A stretch of DNA of 63,011 nucleotides, the filler included, from Dimargaris cristalligena (taxonomy: Eukaryota), in the NCBI GenBank assembly GCA_003614675.1. It is 3 parts of 3 records of this genome, joined end to end, with 100 filler letters (N's around TTAATTAATTAA, not from the genome) between each part and the next. Parts side by side here need not be neighbours in the genome. Positions count along the whole stretch, not along the records: positions 42,096 to 63,011 come from ML002681.1; 2 more parts are not named here. One strand, 5' to 3'. The notes under the pieces are model-generated. The model was not told the origin of the DNA and did no database searches. It saw only the letters and a program-made list of their open reading frames with translations. Made by a program: the position numbers and the translations under genes. Of the stretch, positions 61,319 through 63,011 are shown piece after piece; positions within the stretch are counted from its first letter, which is position 1; every line of letters starts with the position of its first letter.

Positions 61319-62061
61319 ATAGTATACTCATTTTTATACCAGGATATTATCCCTCATTATGGTATTCCCCATAAATTAATTGCTGACCATAGTGAACTAT
61401 AGGGAAAAATTGTCAATATTGAGGCTAAAGAAGATGGTATTCAACTTAAGTTTATCACTGCCCACCACCCCCAAACTAATGGGATAATTAAGTGTGGCTA
61501 TTGCAACCTAGTTGCCTACCTGGGGAACCTATGTTGCCATAATGTAGAGAACTAGCAACAATATCTGAATACAGTACTATGGGTAGACCATACAACAATC
61601 AAATTAACCACAAAGTTTAGCCCCTATTGTTTGGTATATGGCTAGGATTGCCTAATACTATTCAATTTAAATGAACACACCCGGTTTCCACTCCCTTGGT
61701 ACTCCACTATGCCCACTGCCAAACTCCTGGGGCTATGTGCTATTCAACTACTTCAAAATTTGTGGATATGTGAGGCTGTAAGCATACACATAGATGATAA
61801 CCACACAAAAACAAGTTATATTTTTAAAAGTATCACTATATCTACCAGATTCTATTTGCAACAGATGACCTGGTTCTAAAGAGAGACAGCTGACTGATAA
61901 AGTTTAGAGGAAAGCTCCATGATCATTAGCTTGGGCCTTATACCATCTGTGGAATTTACCCAGGTAGTGTCTATACAATCCATGAATTTGATAGAAGCAA
62001 GAGCCAGAATCAAATTACTGGGCTCCACCTGAGACCCTATTTTGGTCCTATTTCTAGTTGA
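61319..62061 (+). pseudogene. Degenerate Ty3/Gypsy integrase (core + GPY/F region)
   Basis: FLYQDIIPHYGIPHKLIADHSE...ITAHHPQTNGIIKCG...VLWVDHTT...FSPYCLVYG*, then after a frameshift GKLHDH*LGPYTI...LRPYF. Several stops. Confidence 0.9.
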
Positions 62062-62086
62062 ACTACTGGGCAGTTCAAGTTAGTCT

Positions 62087-62440
62087 GGGGGGAAGAATGT
62101 GGTGCTATCTGGAGGTCAGCACTTATCCCCAGACTGTGGACAGCTAGTCCTCATCATCAGAGGATGGAATATACTGCAATATACAATAGTGGTATCATTC
62201 CCATCATTTTCCCATAAAAATTACCACCTATACTGTGGTATATACTAAAAATAACAAAAATATTACTTATTTCTTTACACTTATGGTTTGTATTAAAAAG
62301 TCTGCTGTTCTTCCTTGCATTAAAAGTTTGACCTATTTCTTAGTGGATTCATTGTCATTCCATCTTATTCCATTCTTTACTTATTTTCCACATCCCTTTC
62401 TTTGTATCCAGTGGCCCCTAAGGCCCACAGAATGGTTACA
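62087..62440 (+). mobile_element. Polypurine tract and probable 3' LTR (second family) of the Gypsy remnant
   Basis: GGGGGGAAGAA (62087-62097) immediately before TGTGG (62098). Candidate ends CCACA (62429) or TTACA (62440). Confidence 0.65.
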
Positions 62441-62797
62441 TAAGTAACCAGTAAATTCCCACTCATTTTTGGGGGGACAATCACTACATGTTTTATTTTG
62501 GACTCTTTTGTCTATTCCTTGAACTTGACTATGACTTTTTATTGATTATATATTATTAATACTATTATTTTTATTATTTCTCAATAAACTTTTGCACCCC
62601 TTATTTATCCCCCATCCTCTATCTGATTTTTTTGACTATCTATCCCTCCAAAATCCCACTATGATAATACCCAACTCTGCCCCTGTCTTCTACAAGCAGG
62701 GAGCTGGCTACCACAACTTTAGGCCATACTAATAAGGAGGCTGCTGCCTCCTTGTATATTCTAAAGGCCATTGGCAACAGGCTGTACCTCCCAGGTA

Positions 62798-62883
62798 GTA
62801 TATATATATAACTGGGCCCCATTGGGACTAGTTTAATTCTTTAGCTTATTCTTACCCCCTAGTGTATCTTAATAATCCCTATA
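62798..62883 (-). repeat. LTR family 1, copy D (internal fragment)
   Basis: gtatatatatataactgggccccattgggactagtttaattctttagcttattcttaccccctag matches 376-460 in the same orientation. Confidence 0.8.
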
Positions 62884-63011
62884 TGTAAAGAGCTGAACTC
62901 AAATCCTTGAAAACTGAACTTTATTCGAAAAGATAGGTGGTAAAAAGGGAAAGGTGATGATAGACTTGCTGTTCCAAGAGGTGGCAGCAAGTGGGAGTAT
63001 TTATACTTAAA
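62884..63011 (-). mobile_element. Possible further LTR truncating copy D
   Basis: Homology to family 1 stops at TGTAAAG (62884). The minus strand carries TATAAATA, then AATAAA, then ...TTTACA. Confidence 0.4.

Overview
Eukaryotic genomic DNA with spliceosomal GT-AG introns, almost certainly fungal and probably an early-diverging (zygomycete-grade) lineage. That placement is inferred from the fungus-specific VMA11, the Phx1/HOY1-type homeobox, the presence of eIF3k and the style of the P450. The window is three segments joined by two artificial N-TTAATTAATTAA-N spacers (20965-21063, 41996-42095). The core carries housekeeping genes (RPN10, GUS1, VMA11, eIF3k, a Tmt1-like methyltransferase, partial FAB1), a GATA factor with a Swc3-like N-terminus, a homeobox gene, two tandem F-box-like/LRR paralogues, a C2-domain protein and a cytochrome P450. 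Both ends are nested, decayed LTR-retrotransposon fields that share one 582-bp LTR family and have lost almost every CpG. Copies show TG/CA/TA at the same aligned site, which points to a cytosine-directed hypermutation defence. The first gene inside each repeat field encodes a signal-peptide protein. The right-hand one is the most striking object: signal peptide + acidic activation-like region + C2H2 zinc-finger array with a TGERP linker, i.e. a candidate secreted transcription-factor effector. The left-hand one is a secreted basic/Gln-rich protein whose frame continues through two Gln-type stops. All family calls are by eye; no database search was run.
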